64,000 bases of DNA from an uncultured Clostridia bacterium (GCA_964502145.1 CAZCVI010000010.1:44068-108067); one strand, 5' to 3'; numbered from the stretch's first letter, positions 10,223-19,533 are shown. Notes: generated by a model from the sequence alone, not told the origin. Program-made: numbers and translations.

Positions 10223-11035
10223 ATGATAACGATTATTGGTAATGTATTAAACGCAAATAACAAGAAAATTTTGGATAAGATGAACAAGATGGATTTCGAG
10301 TTCATCCGGCGCGAAGTGATCGCGCAAATCGAGGATGGGGCAGAGTTTATCGAATTAAACGCTGTCTCCCTGCTGGAAAATGAGATACCATTCCTCCAGG
10401 AAGCCATCCAGATTATCGAAAGCAGTGGCAGCAAAGCTCTGGTACGTAGCTCCAATGTCAACACGCTGGTGGAAGTCATCCGCATGGTGAAAAATGAAGT
10501 GGTGATCGGGGATATCGAATATGATAAACGCAAGATCGACACCATTCTTAATGCTGCGCAGGGCAAAAAGGTCAAATTGATTGCCAGTATCACGGATGAT
10601 AACAAAGAAGACCCCATGACCCCTGAAAAGTCATTGCTTATCGCCCAAATGTTCTTGGATTATTTATTGGATAGCGGGGTCAACAGGAATGATATTCTGT
10701 TGGACCCGGTAGTACGTCCTCTAGAGGACGATTGTGATAATGGGAAGCTGTTTCTCAACACCTTGGAACTCTTCAAGTTGGATTTCCCCCAGGTTAAAAC
10801 TATCGCCAACCTGTATGTCCTTTCCGAAGGACTCCCTATGCGCTATCTCATCTCTTCAAATTTCGTTTCCCTTGCCATTGAAAAGGGGCTTGATTATGTG
10901 GTATTGGATAATCTGGAAAAAACCATCGTTGAATCCATTATTACCACATTAACTATTATCGGTAAAGACAGGAATATGCAAGCCTATCTAAGCTTTTGCC
11001 GGAACAATAGAGAATTAAAAAAAAGAGGTGTGTAA
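10223..11035 (+). CDS. pterin-binding-domain protein (methyltetrahydrofolate:corrinoid methyltransferase-like, MtrH/AcsE/MetH pterin-binding fold)
   Basis: Block order matches the Pterin_bind TIM barrel: 'IIGNVLNA', 'EDGAEFIELNAVSL', 'ALVRSSNVNTLVEVI', 'ILLDPVVRPL', 'IANLYVLSEGLPMRYLISSNFVSLAIEKGLDYVVLDN'. Divergent at the usual GERxN position, so the assignment is tentative. Confidence 0.4.
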   Translation: MITIIGNVLNANNKKILDKMNKMDFEFIRREVIAQIEDGAEFIELNAVSLLENEIPFLQEAIQIIESSGSKALVRSSNVNTLVEVIRMVKNEVVIGDIEYDKRKIDTILNAAQGKKVKLIASITDDNKEDPMTPEKSLLIAQMFLDYLLDSGVNRNDILLDPVVRPLEDDCDNGKLFLNTLELFKLDFPQVKTIANLYVLSEGLPMRYLISSNFVSLAIEKGLDYVVLDNLEKTIVESIITTLTIIGKDRNMQAYLSFCRNNRELKKRGV

Positions 11036-11037
11036 CC

Positions 11038-11277
11038 ATGTATATGAATGATCAACACATTAAAGAGATTTTAATCGAACAAGACGAAACCTTTAAAGAC
11101 TTATCGCACAAGCACCAACAATTCGATCAAAAATTGGCAGAACTCCGCGCCCGGGATTTTAAAACGGACATCGAGTTGATAGAAGAACGAGACCTAAAGA
11201 AACAAAAATTAAGAATAAAAGATTCCATGGAAAATTATATATTCGAATTTCGGAATCGAAAAGCAGCGAAATCGTAG
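11038..11277 (+). CDS. DUF465 (YdcH-like) small protein
   Basis: 79 aa. The 'HxxFDQKLAELRARDF...KKQKLRIKDSM' pattern resembles E. coli YdcH. Stop codon is TAG, and the frame continues into the next gene (see findings). Confidence 0.55.
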   Translation: MYMNDQHIKEILIEQDETFKDLSHKHQQFDQKLAELRARDFKTDIELIEERDLKKQKLRIKDSMENYIFEFRNRKAAKS

Positions 11278-11400
11278 AGGTTTCACATAACAACCTGTTA
11301 CTGGAGGATCGCTATTAAAAAAAAATATCTTAAATTCAGGTTTAAACGGAAGCAAGGGATCAATATTGCCAGACTCACCAAGATATCCTTTCTGCCCTCC

Positions 11401-12141
11401 TTGTTTACCCTTTTTAGTCTTTTTTTGGGGTATCTCGCATTGATGCAGATTTTCAAGGAGAATTGGGAAATCGCCGTGTATTTGATCGCGGGTAGTGTGG
11501 TGATGGATGGATTCGATGGCACCGTGGCCCGGTTAACTAAAACCGAATCCAATTTTGGCGTGCAATTGGACTCGCTGGTCGATGCCGTGTCATTCGGTCT
11601 TGTGCCCGCCACATTGATTTATTACTGGGGCTTTCACATGGGACATCCCCAGATTGGCAAAGTGATCGGTTTCATGTATTTAAGCGCTGGCGTGATCCGT
11701 CTGGCCCGCTTCAATGTCCTCAAAGAGATCGATGCCTTCCCTTCCAATGTGTTTGTCGGCATACCCATCCCGTTAGGCGCCCTATCTATCTGTAGCGTGG
11801 TGCTGATTTTCAAAAATAGATTGGTCAATACTGAGGCTATATTTATTTTCGGGGGATTTGTGATGCTGGTGGCCTTCCTCATGATTTCCACCATCAAATA
11901 CCGTGCCATGAAAAAGATCAATTCCAAATACAACCTGTTGATCTTGTTGATCCTGGCCATTGTCGTGGCCTTTACTATCAATTTTCCCTCCTACACTATT
12001 CCTGTGATCACTCTTATTTACCTGATATCGCCGCTTTTCTTTTTTATCTATTTTAAAATCAAAAAGCCCAAGAATATCATGGCGGGAATGGAATTCCCAT
12101 CTGAAGAACCCAAGAACAAAGAAAACACAATCGCTCAATGA
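11401..12141 (+). CDS. CDP-alcohol phosphatidyltransferase (PssA/PgsA-type)
   Basis: Catalytic motif 'DGFDGTVARL...G..LDSLVDAVSFG'. The first canonical start is TTG 11401, but conserved N-terminal residues ('ISFLPSLFTLF') lie upstream in-frame with no ATG/GTG/TTG, so the true start is uncertain. Confidence 0.7.
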   Translation: MFTLFSLFLGYLALMQIFKENWEIAVYLIAGSVVMDGFDGTVARLTKTESNFGVQLDSLVDAVSFGLVPATLIYYWGFHMGHPQIGKVIGFMYLSAGVIRLARFNVLKEIDAFPSNVFVGIPIPLGALSICSVVLIFKNRLVNTEAIFIFGGFVMLVAFLMISTIKYRAMKKINSKYNLLILLILAIVVAFTINFPSYTIPVITLIYLISPLFFFIYFKIKKPKNIMAGMEFPSEEPKNKENTIAQ

Positions 12142-12169
12142 AAACCTATGAGAACAAATCGAAGGCTGA

Positions 12170-13984
12170 ATGGCAACAGATAAAGAGAATGATAATCATT
12201 TATTACACTATGTAAGACCTTTTTATATCCGTTTTTTGGCGGCATTGGGTGCTATGGCGGGAGTGGCCTTTTTTACCGTGCTACTGCCTCTGGTCATAGA
12301 GCCTTTGATCAATGAAATCTCCATCCGTAGCGGTGCGCAGGTTTCCAGCCAAGCCATGAGCATGCGGCAGTCTATTTTACACGCCCTTTCTATTACCGAG
12401 AAAGAATTGGTGCCGCTCATGCCCGTGTTGCTGTTGATCGTGTTTTTCGGACAGGCTATATTTAACTTTTTTTCCCTCTACTTCATGAAAACCCTGGGTC
12501 TCAAGGTTGTTCGTGATATCCGGGAAAAATTATACAGCAATCTGATCTATCAATCCGTGGATTTTCTCTCCAAGGCCAAGACCGGTGATCTCACTTCCCG
12601 TATTTCCAATGATATTGAAAAGATCCGTTTTGCCGTGTCCGAGAATTTAGCGTCCTATATCCGCGAGGGCTTAACCCTGGTGGGATTGGTGATCTATGTC
12701 TTTTCCCGTGACTTCCAGATGGCCGTGATCTCCGTGATCCTTTTACCCGTAGCCGCATTGCCCCTGGTTTATTTTGCGAAAAAGGTCAAAAAACGGGGCA
12801 TTCAATCCCAGGAAACCATTGGCGAACTCTCTAATTTCCTGGCCGAGACCGTGGCCGGGAACAAGATTGTCAAAGCGTATAATATGGAAGAGTATGAGAT
12901 TGGAAAATTCAGAGCCATGAACCAGGAGCATTACGGGATCAATTCCAAGATCGCCCTGCTCTACTCCCTATCCGCGCCCGTGATGCAGTTTATTGGTGGC
13001 GTTGTGGCGTTTGCTGTATTTTCCGTGGGCACCCAGCGTATTGCTGCCGGTACCATGGACCCCGGTAAATTTACTGCTTTTTTCCTCTCTATTTTAATGA
13101 TGTATACGCCCATTAAAAAACTCTCCCAGGCGCACAACGATTACCAGCAGGGCAAAGCCGGTTTCTTCCGCGTCATGCAGGTGATCAACACCGAGAATCC
13201 CATCCAGGATAATCCCGGGGTCCAGGATTTGACCCAGGTGGTCGGGGAAGTCACTTTTAAGAACGTCACCTTTTCCTACCAGGAATCTATGCCCGTGATC
13301 AAAAATGTCAATTTCACTGCCAGTCCCGGCACCATGATCGCGTTGGTCGGGGCCAGTGGTTCGGGGAAAAGTACTCTGATGAACTTGTTGCTACGCTTTT
13401 ATGAACAGGATGAGGGGGAAATTCTGATTGATGGGAAAAATACCCTCGGTGTGACCCTTAAGTCGTTGCGGGATGCCATTAGTCTGGTGACCCAGGATGT
13501 GTTTATATTCAACGATACCATTGAGAAGAATATTGCCTATGGCAGTACCAGCAGAACTATAGAAGATGTCAAAGAAGCCGCGCGAATAGCACGGGCCTCT
13601 GAATTTATTGAAAAACTACCCAAGTTATATTCATCTATTGCAGGCGAACGGGGCGCGTTTTTATCTACCGGGCAAAGGCAACGTATTTCTATTGCCCGGG
13701 CTATTTTAAAAAAACCCGCCATCCTTATTTTTGACGAGGCCACCTCTTCTCTGGACTCCGAATCGGAAAAGCTGATCCAGGAAGCCATGGTGGATATAAT
13801 GAAGGGGCGCACTACCTTTGTGATCGCCCATCGGTTATCCACTATTATTGAAGCCGATAAAATTCTGGTCATCGAGAACGGTCAAATTAAAGAGAGTGGC
13901 AATCATCGGGAGTTATTAGTCAAACGGGGCCTCTATTATTCCCTGTATAATTTACAATTTCCAGAAATGGATATCATCATGTAA
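12170..13984 (+). CDS. ABC transporter, fused permease/ATP-binding protein (MsbA-like lipid exporter)
   Basis: Six N-terminal TM helices. Walker A 'GASGSGKST', ABC signature 'LSTGQRQRISIARA', Walker B 'ILIFDEATSSLD'. Confidence 0.8.
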   Translation: MATDKENDNHLLHYVRPFYIRFLAALGAMAGVAFFTVLLPLVIEPLINEISIRSGAQVSSQAMSMRQSILHALSITEKELVPLMPVLLLIVFFGQAIFNFFSLYFMKTLGLKVVRDIREKLYSNLIYQSVDFLSKAKTGDLTSRISNDIEKIRFAVSENLASYIREGLTLVGLVIYVFSRDFQMAVISVILLPVAALPLVYFAKKVKKRGIQSQETIGELSNFLAETVAGNKIVKAYNMEEYEIGKFRAMNQEHYGINSKIALLYSLSAPVMQFIGGVVAFAVFSVGTQRIAAGTMDPGKFTAFFLSILMMYTPIKKLSQAHNDYQQGKAGFFRVMQVINTENPIQDNPGVQDLTQVVGEVTFKNVTFSYQESMPVIKNVNFTASPGTMIALVGASGSGKSTLMNLLLRFYEQDEGEILIDGKNTLGVTLKSLRDAISLVTQDVFIFNDTIEKNIAYGSTSRTIEDVKEAARIARASEFIEKLPKLYSSIAGERGAFLSTGQRQRISIARAILKKPAILIFDEATSSLDSESEKLIQEAMVDIMKGRTTFVIAHRLSTIIEADKILVIENGQIKESGNHRELLVKRGLYYSLYNLQFPEMDIIM

Positions 13985-14066
13985 GGTGGGCCCTATGCCC
14001 CCGAAAGCTGGTTTTTATGAATGTAATCGTTATGAATGAATGATAATAGACAGGGTGAAGTGAACA

Positions 14067-14951
14067 ATGAAAAGTATGACAGGATTTGCCCAGAAGCGTT
14101 ATGAATTTAATAATATTTCCCTCAGTATCATGTTTAAGTCTCTCAATCACCGATTCTTGGATATCTCTTATAAGGGCACCGGGATCAATACCACCACCGA
14201 GAAGATATTAAAAGATGCCTTCAAGAACCAGGTCTTTCGTGGCAAAGTCGAGGTGACCTTCGATATTTTCGATGCCAATCAACGCAAGTGCAATATCCAG
14301 TTTAACGATCAGTTATCCTCAGAGATACTGGATGTATTGCTGCATTTTAAGAAACAGTACAAGGAAAAAATCAGCCTGTCCATGGATTCGTTGTTACGGA
14401 TTCCCATGATCTTTCATCTCGATTATCAACCGGATAATTATAATCAGTTTGAGCGGGAGGAGATTGAGAAATTTATCCTCGGTGTGTTTCAGGATTTTTT
14501 ACAGAGCCGCGTGGATGAAGGAAACGCTATTCTGGCTGACATGATGTCCTGCATGGAGAAGATTGAGACCGATCTGGTCATTATCGCCGCAGAGGCTGAA
14601 AAAATGGAGACCGACCTGTTTGTCAAGTTCAAGGAGAAAATGGCCCGCTTCTTGAATGATTTTGAGGTGGATGAACGCCGGGTCATGCAAGAAGCGGCTA
14701 TATTGGCGGAAAAAAGTTGCATCAATGAAGAGATCAACCGCCTCACCACCCACACCAAACGTTTAAAGGACCTATTTCTGGACAAAACCATCGAAATAAA
14801 GGGCAGGGAAGCGGATTTCCTGGCCCAGGAAATGCAACGGGAAACGCATACCATCGCTTCTAAAACCACGTCCATGGATGTGCATAAGAGCGTGCTCAAT
14901 ATCCGCCGCGAGATTGAAAAAATCAAACAACAGGTGCAGAATGTCGAATAG
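14067..14951 (+). CDS. yicC: YicC-family protein (DUF1732)
   Basis: Hallmark N-terminus 'MKSMTGFA'. Conserved yicC-gmk synteny. Stop is TAG. Confidence 0.8.
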   Translation: MKSMTGFAQKRYEFNNISLSIMFKSLNHRFLDISYKGTGINTTTEKILKDAFKNQVFRGKVEVTFDIFDANQRKCNIQFNDQLSSEILDVLLHFKKQYKEKISLSMDSLLRIPMIFHLDYQPDNYNQFEREEIEKFILGVFQDFLQSRVDEGNAILADMMSCMEKIETDLVIIAAEAEKMETDLFVKFKEKMARFLNDFEVDERRVMQEAAILAEKSCINEEINRLTTHTKRLKDLFLDKTIEIKGREADFLAQEMQRETHTIASKTTSMDVHKSVLNIRREIEKIKQQVQNVE

Positions 14952-14980
14952 GCTAGTGTCGGATATCGGGTTAGGTGGCC

Positions 14981-15604
14981 ATGAATAATAGTGCTATGAA
15001 TAATATTATTGTGATTTCCGGGCCTTCGGGTAGTGGGAAAACCACCCTTATCCGTATGCTCTTGAAAGAGCACCCTGAAATTGCTTTTTCTGTCTCTCAT
15101 ACTACCCGTTTGCCCCGTGGTCAGGAGAAGGATGGGCAGGATTATTTTTTTATTTCCCAGAAACAATTTCAGGAAATGATTGCTGCCGATGGTTTCATTG
15201 AGTGGGCCAAGGTGCATGGGAACTATTATGGCACCAGTATGCAGGAAGTGATCAAGCGCTCGCAGGAGTCGCCGTTCCTGGCATTGGATATTGATGTCCA
15301 AGGCGCGCGCATCGTGCGTGGCAAGTTGCCCAATGCCTTATTTGTACTGGTGACCCCGCCTTCTATCGAGGCATTGGAAAAGAGGATACTCCATCGCGAA
15401 AAAACCATCACCCCGGAATTTCAACGGCGTATACAAATGGCTATCGAAGAATTAAAAGCGTACAAAATATACGACTATACCGTGGTGAACGATATATTGA
15501 ATGATGCGTTTAATGTATTAAACGGTATTTTTCTGGCCTACAAAAACACCACGGCCCGGAATGAAGCCCTGCTCAAGCAGATCATTGAGCATAAAAAAAT
15601 ATAA
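14981..15604 (+). CDS. gmk: guanylate kinase
   Basis: 'IIVISGPSGSGKTTLIRML...SVSHTTRLPRGQEKDGQDYFFIS'. ATG 14981 preferred over GTG 14975. Confidence 0.85.
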   Translation: MNNSAMNNIIVISGPSGSGKTTLIRMLLKEHPEIAFSVSHTTRLPRGQEKDGQDYFFISQKQFQEMIAADGFIEWAKVHGNYYGTSMQEVIKRSQESPFLALDIDVQGARIVRGKLPNALFVLVTPPSIEALEKRILHREKTITPEFQRRIQMAIEELKAYKIYDYTVVNDILNDAFNVLNGIFLAYKNTTARNEALLKQIIEHKKI

Positions 15605-15616
15605 AAGTTTTTGGGA

Positions 15617-15657
15617 GTCCAGAACCCTTTTTTCAAAAAGGGTTTTGGCCGCCGGAG
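15617..15657. repeat. ~40-bp palindromic element, copy A (CAGAACCCTTTTTTCAAAAAGGGTTTTGGCCGCCGGAG)
   Basis: Perfect 10-bp stem AACCCTTTTT/AAAAAGGGTT with a 2-nt loop, at the gmk 3' end. A near-identical copy lies at 55362..55400. Confidence 0.6.
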
Positions 15658-15663
15658 GCATAG

Positions 15664-16215
15664 ATGAATGTGATTTTAGGAGTTACCGGTTCTATTAGTG
15701 CTTATAAAGCCGTGGATATCATGCGGTTGTTTCAGAAGGGTGGGCATGAGGTGAGCGTTGTATTAACCGCTGCTGCATTGCAGTTTATCCCTGCTTTACC
15801 TTTTGAGACCTTTTGTCCCGGTCGCGTGTATAGTCATATGTTCGCTCCCCATCAAGACCCCTTGGTGCATATTAATGTTGCTCGGCAGCATGATCTGTTA
15901 TTGATAGCGCCTGCTTCCGCCAACATCATTGGCAAGATGGCCAATGGCATTGCCGATGATTTATTGTCTACTATGTACCTCGCTTTTTTTAAAAAAGTGG
16001 TGGTGGCGCCTGCCATGAATTCCTATATGTTTGATCATCCCGCAGTTAAAGAAAACTTGGCACGATTACAGGCGCGGGGCGTTTTTATCATTGAGCCAAG
16101 CGAAGGTTCTTTGGCCTGCAAAGAAGAGGGCCGCGGGAAATTACCACCACCGCAGGAAATTTACGATTACTGTATCACCCTGTCCCAGCAGAAGGAAAAC
16201 GCCCAGGGGAAATGA
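15664..16215 (+). CDS. coaC: phosphopantothenoylcysteine decarboxylase (flavoprotein), encoded separately from CoaB
   Basis: 'ILGVTGSISAYKAVDIMRLFQKGGHEV...APASANIIGKMANGIADDLL'. GGAGG RBS. Confidence 0.8.
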   Translation: MNVILGVTGSISAYKAVDIMRLFQKGGHEVSVVLTAAALQFIPALPFETFCPGRVYSHMFAPHQDPLVHINVARQHDLLLIAPASANIIGKMANGIADDLLSTMYLAFFKKVVVAPAMNSYMFDHPAVKENLARLQARGVFIIEPSEGSLACKEEGRGKLPPPQEIYDYCITLSQQKENAQGK

Positions 16216-16871
16216 TGTTCGGACGGGTAATCATTACTTCCGGTCCTACCGTGGAACCCATTGATCCGGTTCGTTATATTTCCAATCGTTCTTCCGGGAA
16301 GACCGGCTTTCAACTCGCCGAAGAAGCAAAAAGAAGGGGGTACGGTGAAATTATCTTTATCACCGGCCCCAGTTCTTTTATTCCTGTCGGTGTGACCGTC
16401 ATTGCAGTGGAAACCGCGTTGCAAATGCAGGAACAATTGGCCCTGTATGCAAAAGCGGCCCAGGTGATTGTGATGGCTGCAGCAGTGGGGGATTATCGGG
16501 TGCAACATGTTTACCCACAGAAGATCAAAAAAAACGCGGACCGATTGGTATTGGAGTTGGTGAAGAACCCCGACTTGTTGCAACAGTTGGGACAGCAGAA
16601 ACCCCCGGGGCAAATCCTGGTGGGCTTTGCTGCTGAGACCGATCATATTTTGGAGAATGCCACGCTCAAGTTTAATAAAAAGAATTTGGACCTGTTGGTA
16701 TTGAATGAGATATCTACCCTCAATCCCGCGTTTGATGTGGATGAGAACCAGGTGTATTTTGTGACCTCTGGTGGCACGCGCAAGCTGGAAAAGATGAGTA
16801 AAGCCCTGTTGTCCCAACAGATTTGGGATGAAATAGAAAAAAAAAGAAATGACTCTAAACTAAAAGTATAA
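16212..16871 (+). CDS. coaB: phosphopantothenate--cysteine ligase, encoded separately from CoaC
   Basis: 'ITSGPTVEPIDPVRYISNRSSGKTG...GFAAET'. Start ATG overlaps the coaC TGA (ATGA). Confidence 0.8.
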   Translation: MMFGRVIITSGPTVEPIDPVRYISNRSSGKTGFQLAEEAKRRGYGEIIFITGPSSFIPVGVTVIAVETALQMQEQLALYAKAAQVIVMAAAVGDYRVQHVYPQKIKKNADRLVLELVKNPDLLQQLGQQKPPGQILVGFAAETDHILENATLKFNKKNLDLLVLNEISTLNPAFDVDENQVYFVTSGGTRKLEKMSKALLSQQIWDEIEKKRNDSKLKV

Positions 16872-16883
16872 ACTAAAAATAAA

Positions 16884-17531
16884 ATGAATCCAATCAAAGA
16901 GATATTAACTTTTTATCAGGAACTCGGTGTTTCTTTTGTCGAGCGGTTCGAAGCCGACCCTGTCGTGGATATTGGCGTCGTGCGCGGTGAGATCATGCGT
17001 TGCACCAAGTGTCCCCTTCATGAGAGCAAGAAAAATTATGTACCCGGTGAAGGGTGTTTGAACCCGGACATCTTGTTTATCGGAGAGGCTCCGGGCGAGA
17101 CTGAAGATTCCTTTGGCAAACCTTTCATTGGCAATGCCGGGCAATTGTTGGACAAGCTTATTGCACGCATGGGCTACACCCGCGAGACTGTATTTATTGC
17201 CAACATCATCAAGTGCCGTCCCCCTAACAATCGCGACCCGCTGGTGGAAGAAGTTGCGGCGTGCAAACCTTATATACTCAATCAGATCAAGATATTAAAA
17301 CCCAAAGTGATCGTGTGTTTGGGCCGGGTGGCGTTAAACAATCTGCTGGGCCAAAATTTCCAGATTACCCATGAACGGGGCAAAGTGCTTGATTTTAATG
17401 GTATTCCCGTGGTGCCCACCTACCATCCCGCCTATATTTTACGGCAGAAAACCCCGGAAGCGATTACCAAGACAAAATGGGAAACCTGGCACGACATGGA
17501 AACGGTGCTGGGGCTGATCAAGAAGGGATGA
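16884..17531 (+). CDS. uracil-DNA glycosylase, family 4
   Basis: 'CTKCPLHES...ILFIGEAPGETED..GKPFIGNAG' and 'IIKCRPPNNRDP'. Fe-S cysteines present. Confidence 0.8.
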   Translation: MNPIKEILTFYQELGVSFVERFEADPVVDIGVVRGEIMRCTKCPLHESKKNYVPGEGCLNPDILFIGEAPGETEDSFGKPFIGNAGQLLDKLIARMGYTRETVFIANIIKCRPPNNRDPLVEEVAACKPYILNQIKILKPKVIVCLGRVALNNLLGQNFQITHERGKVLDFNGIPVVPTYHPAYILRQKTPEAITKTKWETWHDMETVLGLIKKG

Positions 17532-17538
17532 ATTGCCA

Positions 17539-19473
17539 ATGAGTACTCCACGCGGTGTTCTGGTCAAGGTTTCACTTTCTTATACTATTTTCGAACCGCT
17601 GACATACCGATTTGATGGGGAACCGGAAATGGTACAGCCGGGGCAACGGGTGGTGGTGCCATTGATGAACCGTCTGGCCACTGGCTGGGTGATGGCTGTC
17701 GATTCCCAATACACGGGCCGGGTGAAAAGTATTGTGGGTGTGATGGATGATGGATATATTCCCGCGCCCCACTTCATGGAATTTGCCGACGCCGTGTCCG
17801 CCATTTATTTCACTTCTGCTGGTTCTTTGTTGGACAGTTCCGTCTCCCCTAAAAGCAAAGCCTTGTCTGCGTTCTCTTTTGAAGGGGAAAAAGGAATTGA
17901 AAAATATAAGAACCAGCCCTTAAAGGTGTTGCAGCCATTAGCCAAAAGAGGGCCGTTGCGATTCTTTATTAAGAGTCGTAACCAGAAAGAGTCATCTGAT
18001 GTTCCTGTGCTTGTCGCCAAAGCGCTGGAACCCACCCAATCTACTGCTACGACCTGTTTTTTATTGAGTTCAGATCGTTTGGCTTTTTACGCGGAGCGTA
18101 TCCGGGAAACCTTGGCCCGCCAAGAAAGTGTTCTGATCGTGGTGCCGGATAATTTCACGGCAGCTTATATTAAGGAAGCACTGGCTGGTCAAGATGTGGC
18201 CGTGGATATCTACAATTCCGAGATGAAACTGGCGGACCGGGAAAAAATATGGCAGGGTTATGTCCAAGAAGGCAGAGTAGGGGTGGTAACCGGTGGTCTT
18301 TCTGCCGCCTTGTTGCCCATTGGAAATCTCGGTTTGATTATTGCTGAGCGAGCCGGTTCTGCCAATTACAAACGTCTCGCTTATTCCAAATTTAATACTC
18401 TCTTATTGGCGCAGTTGCGAGCCAAGTATGAACAGGTGCCCCTGCTGGAGGGTTTTTCCACGTATACCGTGTATGCCTATAATAACCGGGAATTGGTGCC
18501 ACCGTTGGATAAACGCGAAGAGCAAGTTCTGGCCAATGTTCATATGATTCCGGGTGGTTTGAAAGGTATCCCTGAATCGCTGGTGGAATTGGTGGGGCAC
18601 TATTTCCAAGACAATAAAAAAATATTGCTACTGGTTAACCGCAAGGGCAGCACTGATTTTCTGTATTGTGGGAAATGCAAAAAAGTGAGCCGCTGTCCCC
18701 AGTGTGATGGCCTTCTGGATGTAGCTGCAGAATTTTGTATTACTTGCACCCAGTGTGGGTTCAAGCAAGAGAGTTTTAATGTTTGTCCCGTGTGTCGCGG
18801 GAATCTGACCGTGGTGCAGGATATCAGTATGACCTCATTGGTCAAGGTGTTGTCTGGTCGGGTCGTGGAAACGGGAATCATCACCCTGTCTGCCGAGGAT
18901 TTAAAGATTGAAGATTTGTCGCTCTTACGCCAGCACGTGGTGGCCAGTAAGCTGGTGATTGCCACGCCCATGTTGATCAATCCATTTTTTAAGGGCATGT
19001 TTGACGTGGTGATTTACATCCGTCCCGAATCCTATGTGAATCTTGATGAATACGATGCTGCCGAGCGCGTGTTTTCCTTGGTCGCCGAGATGAAGGAGAT
19101 GGTCGCGTCCGGTGGGGTGGTGGATATTTTTTCCACCTTTCATTTTTTTTATTCATTGAAGTTGGCCAATGATGAGGAGGCTTTTTTTGAGCGGGAGCTG
19201 AAGTATCGCGAGTGGTTTCGTCTGCCACCTTTTTGTAATGTGTATCATATTGAAATCAAGGGGAAAGTCTTGCGGGAACTGGCACAACAGATGCGCGATA
19301 TCTACATAAAAGAGAAAGAGCGATTGGGCATCAAAAAAATCTACTTGAATGGCAGAGCCGCAGTACGGGGCAATTATAAAGGCACAATGGAAGCCCATGC
19401 CTTACCTCAGGCCATCCGGGAATCGGGGTTATTAAGCAATCGGGATATTTCCATCAGCTTGGAATTGAGTTAA
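17539..19473 (+). CDS. PriA-like primosomal protein N' homologue with apparently degenerate helicase motifs
   Basis: N-terminal PriA 3'-DNA-binding-like segment and C-terminal Cys-rich region 'CGKCKKVSRCPQCDGLL...CTQCGFKQESFNVCPVCRG'. No GxGKT Walker A: 'LLSSDRLAFYAERI' sits where it is expected. 'IIAERAG' sits where DExH is expected. Confidence 0.5.
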   Translation: MSTPRGVLVKVSLSYTIFEPLTYRFDGEPEMVQPGQRVVVPLMNRLATGWVMAVDSQYTGRVKSIVGVMDDGYIPAPHFMEFADAVSAIYFTSAGSLLDSSVSPKSKALSAFSFEGEKGIEKYKNQPLKVLQPLAKRGPLRFFIKSRNQKESSDVPVLVAKALEPTQSTATTCFLLSSDRLAFYAERIRETLARQESVLIVVPDNFTAAYIKEALAGQDVAVDIYNSEMKLADREKIWQGYVQEGRVGVVTGGLSAALLPIGNLGLIIAERAGSANYKRLAYSKFNTLLLAQLRAKYEQVPLLEGFSTYTVYAYNNRELVPPLDKREEQVLANVHMIPGGLKGIPESLVELVGHYFQDNKKILLLVNRKGSTDFLYCGKCKKVSRCPQCDGLLDVAAEFCITCTQCGFKQESFNVCPVCRGNLTVVQDISMTSLVKVLSGRVVETGIITLSAEDLKIEDLSLLRQHVVASKLVIATPMLINPFFKGMFDVVIYIRPESYVNLDEYDAAERVFSLVAEMKEMVASGGVVDIFSTFHFFYSLKLANDEEAFFERELKYREWFRLPPFCNVYHIEIKGKVLRELAQQMRDIYIKEKERLGIKKIYLNGRAAVRGNYKGTMEAHALPQAIRESGLLSNRDISISLELS

Positions 19474-19494
19474 TAACCCATTAAAAAAAAGACT

Positions 19495-19533
19495 CCCACG
19501 AATTTGCACGATTAAAAGAAACGAATCTATTTG
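19495..19533. promoter_or_regulatory. CACGAAT direct-repeat element upstream of the giant repeat-protein gene (CCCACGAATTTGCACGATTAAAAGAAACGAATCTATTTG)
   Basis: Three ACGA(A/T)T cores at ~10-bp phasing. The 21-nt core CCCACGAATTTGCACGATTA reappears as CCCACGAATTTACACGGATTA at 23769 downstream of the same gene. Confidence 0.35.

Noticed and set aside
14489-15301. 270-aa minus-strand ORF antisense to yicC and gmk.
   Set aside because: It lies wholly within the better-supported plus-strand genes and has no motifs or RBS.
15605-15663. Looked for rpoZ between gmk and coaC, as in the common yicC-gmk-rpoZ-coaBC cluster.
   Set aside because: Only 59 bp separate the genes. They are occupied by the palindromic element and the coaC RBS. 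No ORF is possible.
16167-16817. 216-aa minus-strand ORF antisense to coaB.
   Set aside because: It lies wholly within the better-supported plus-strand gene and has no motifs or RBS.
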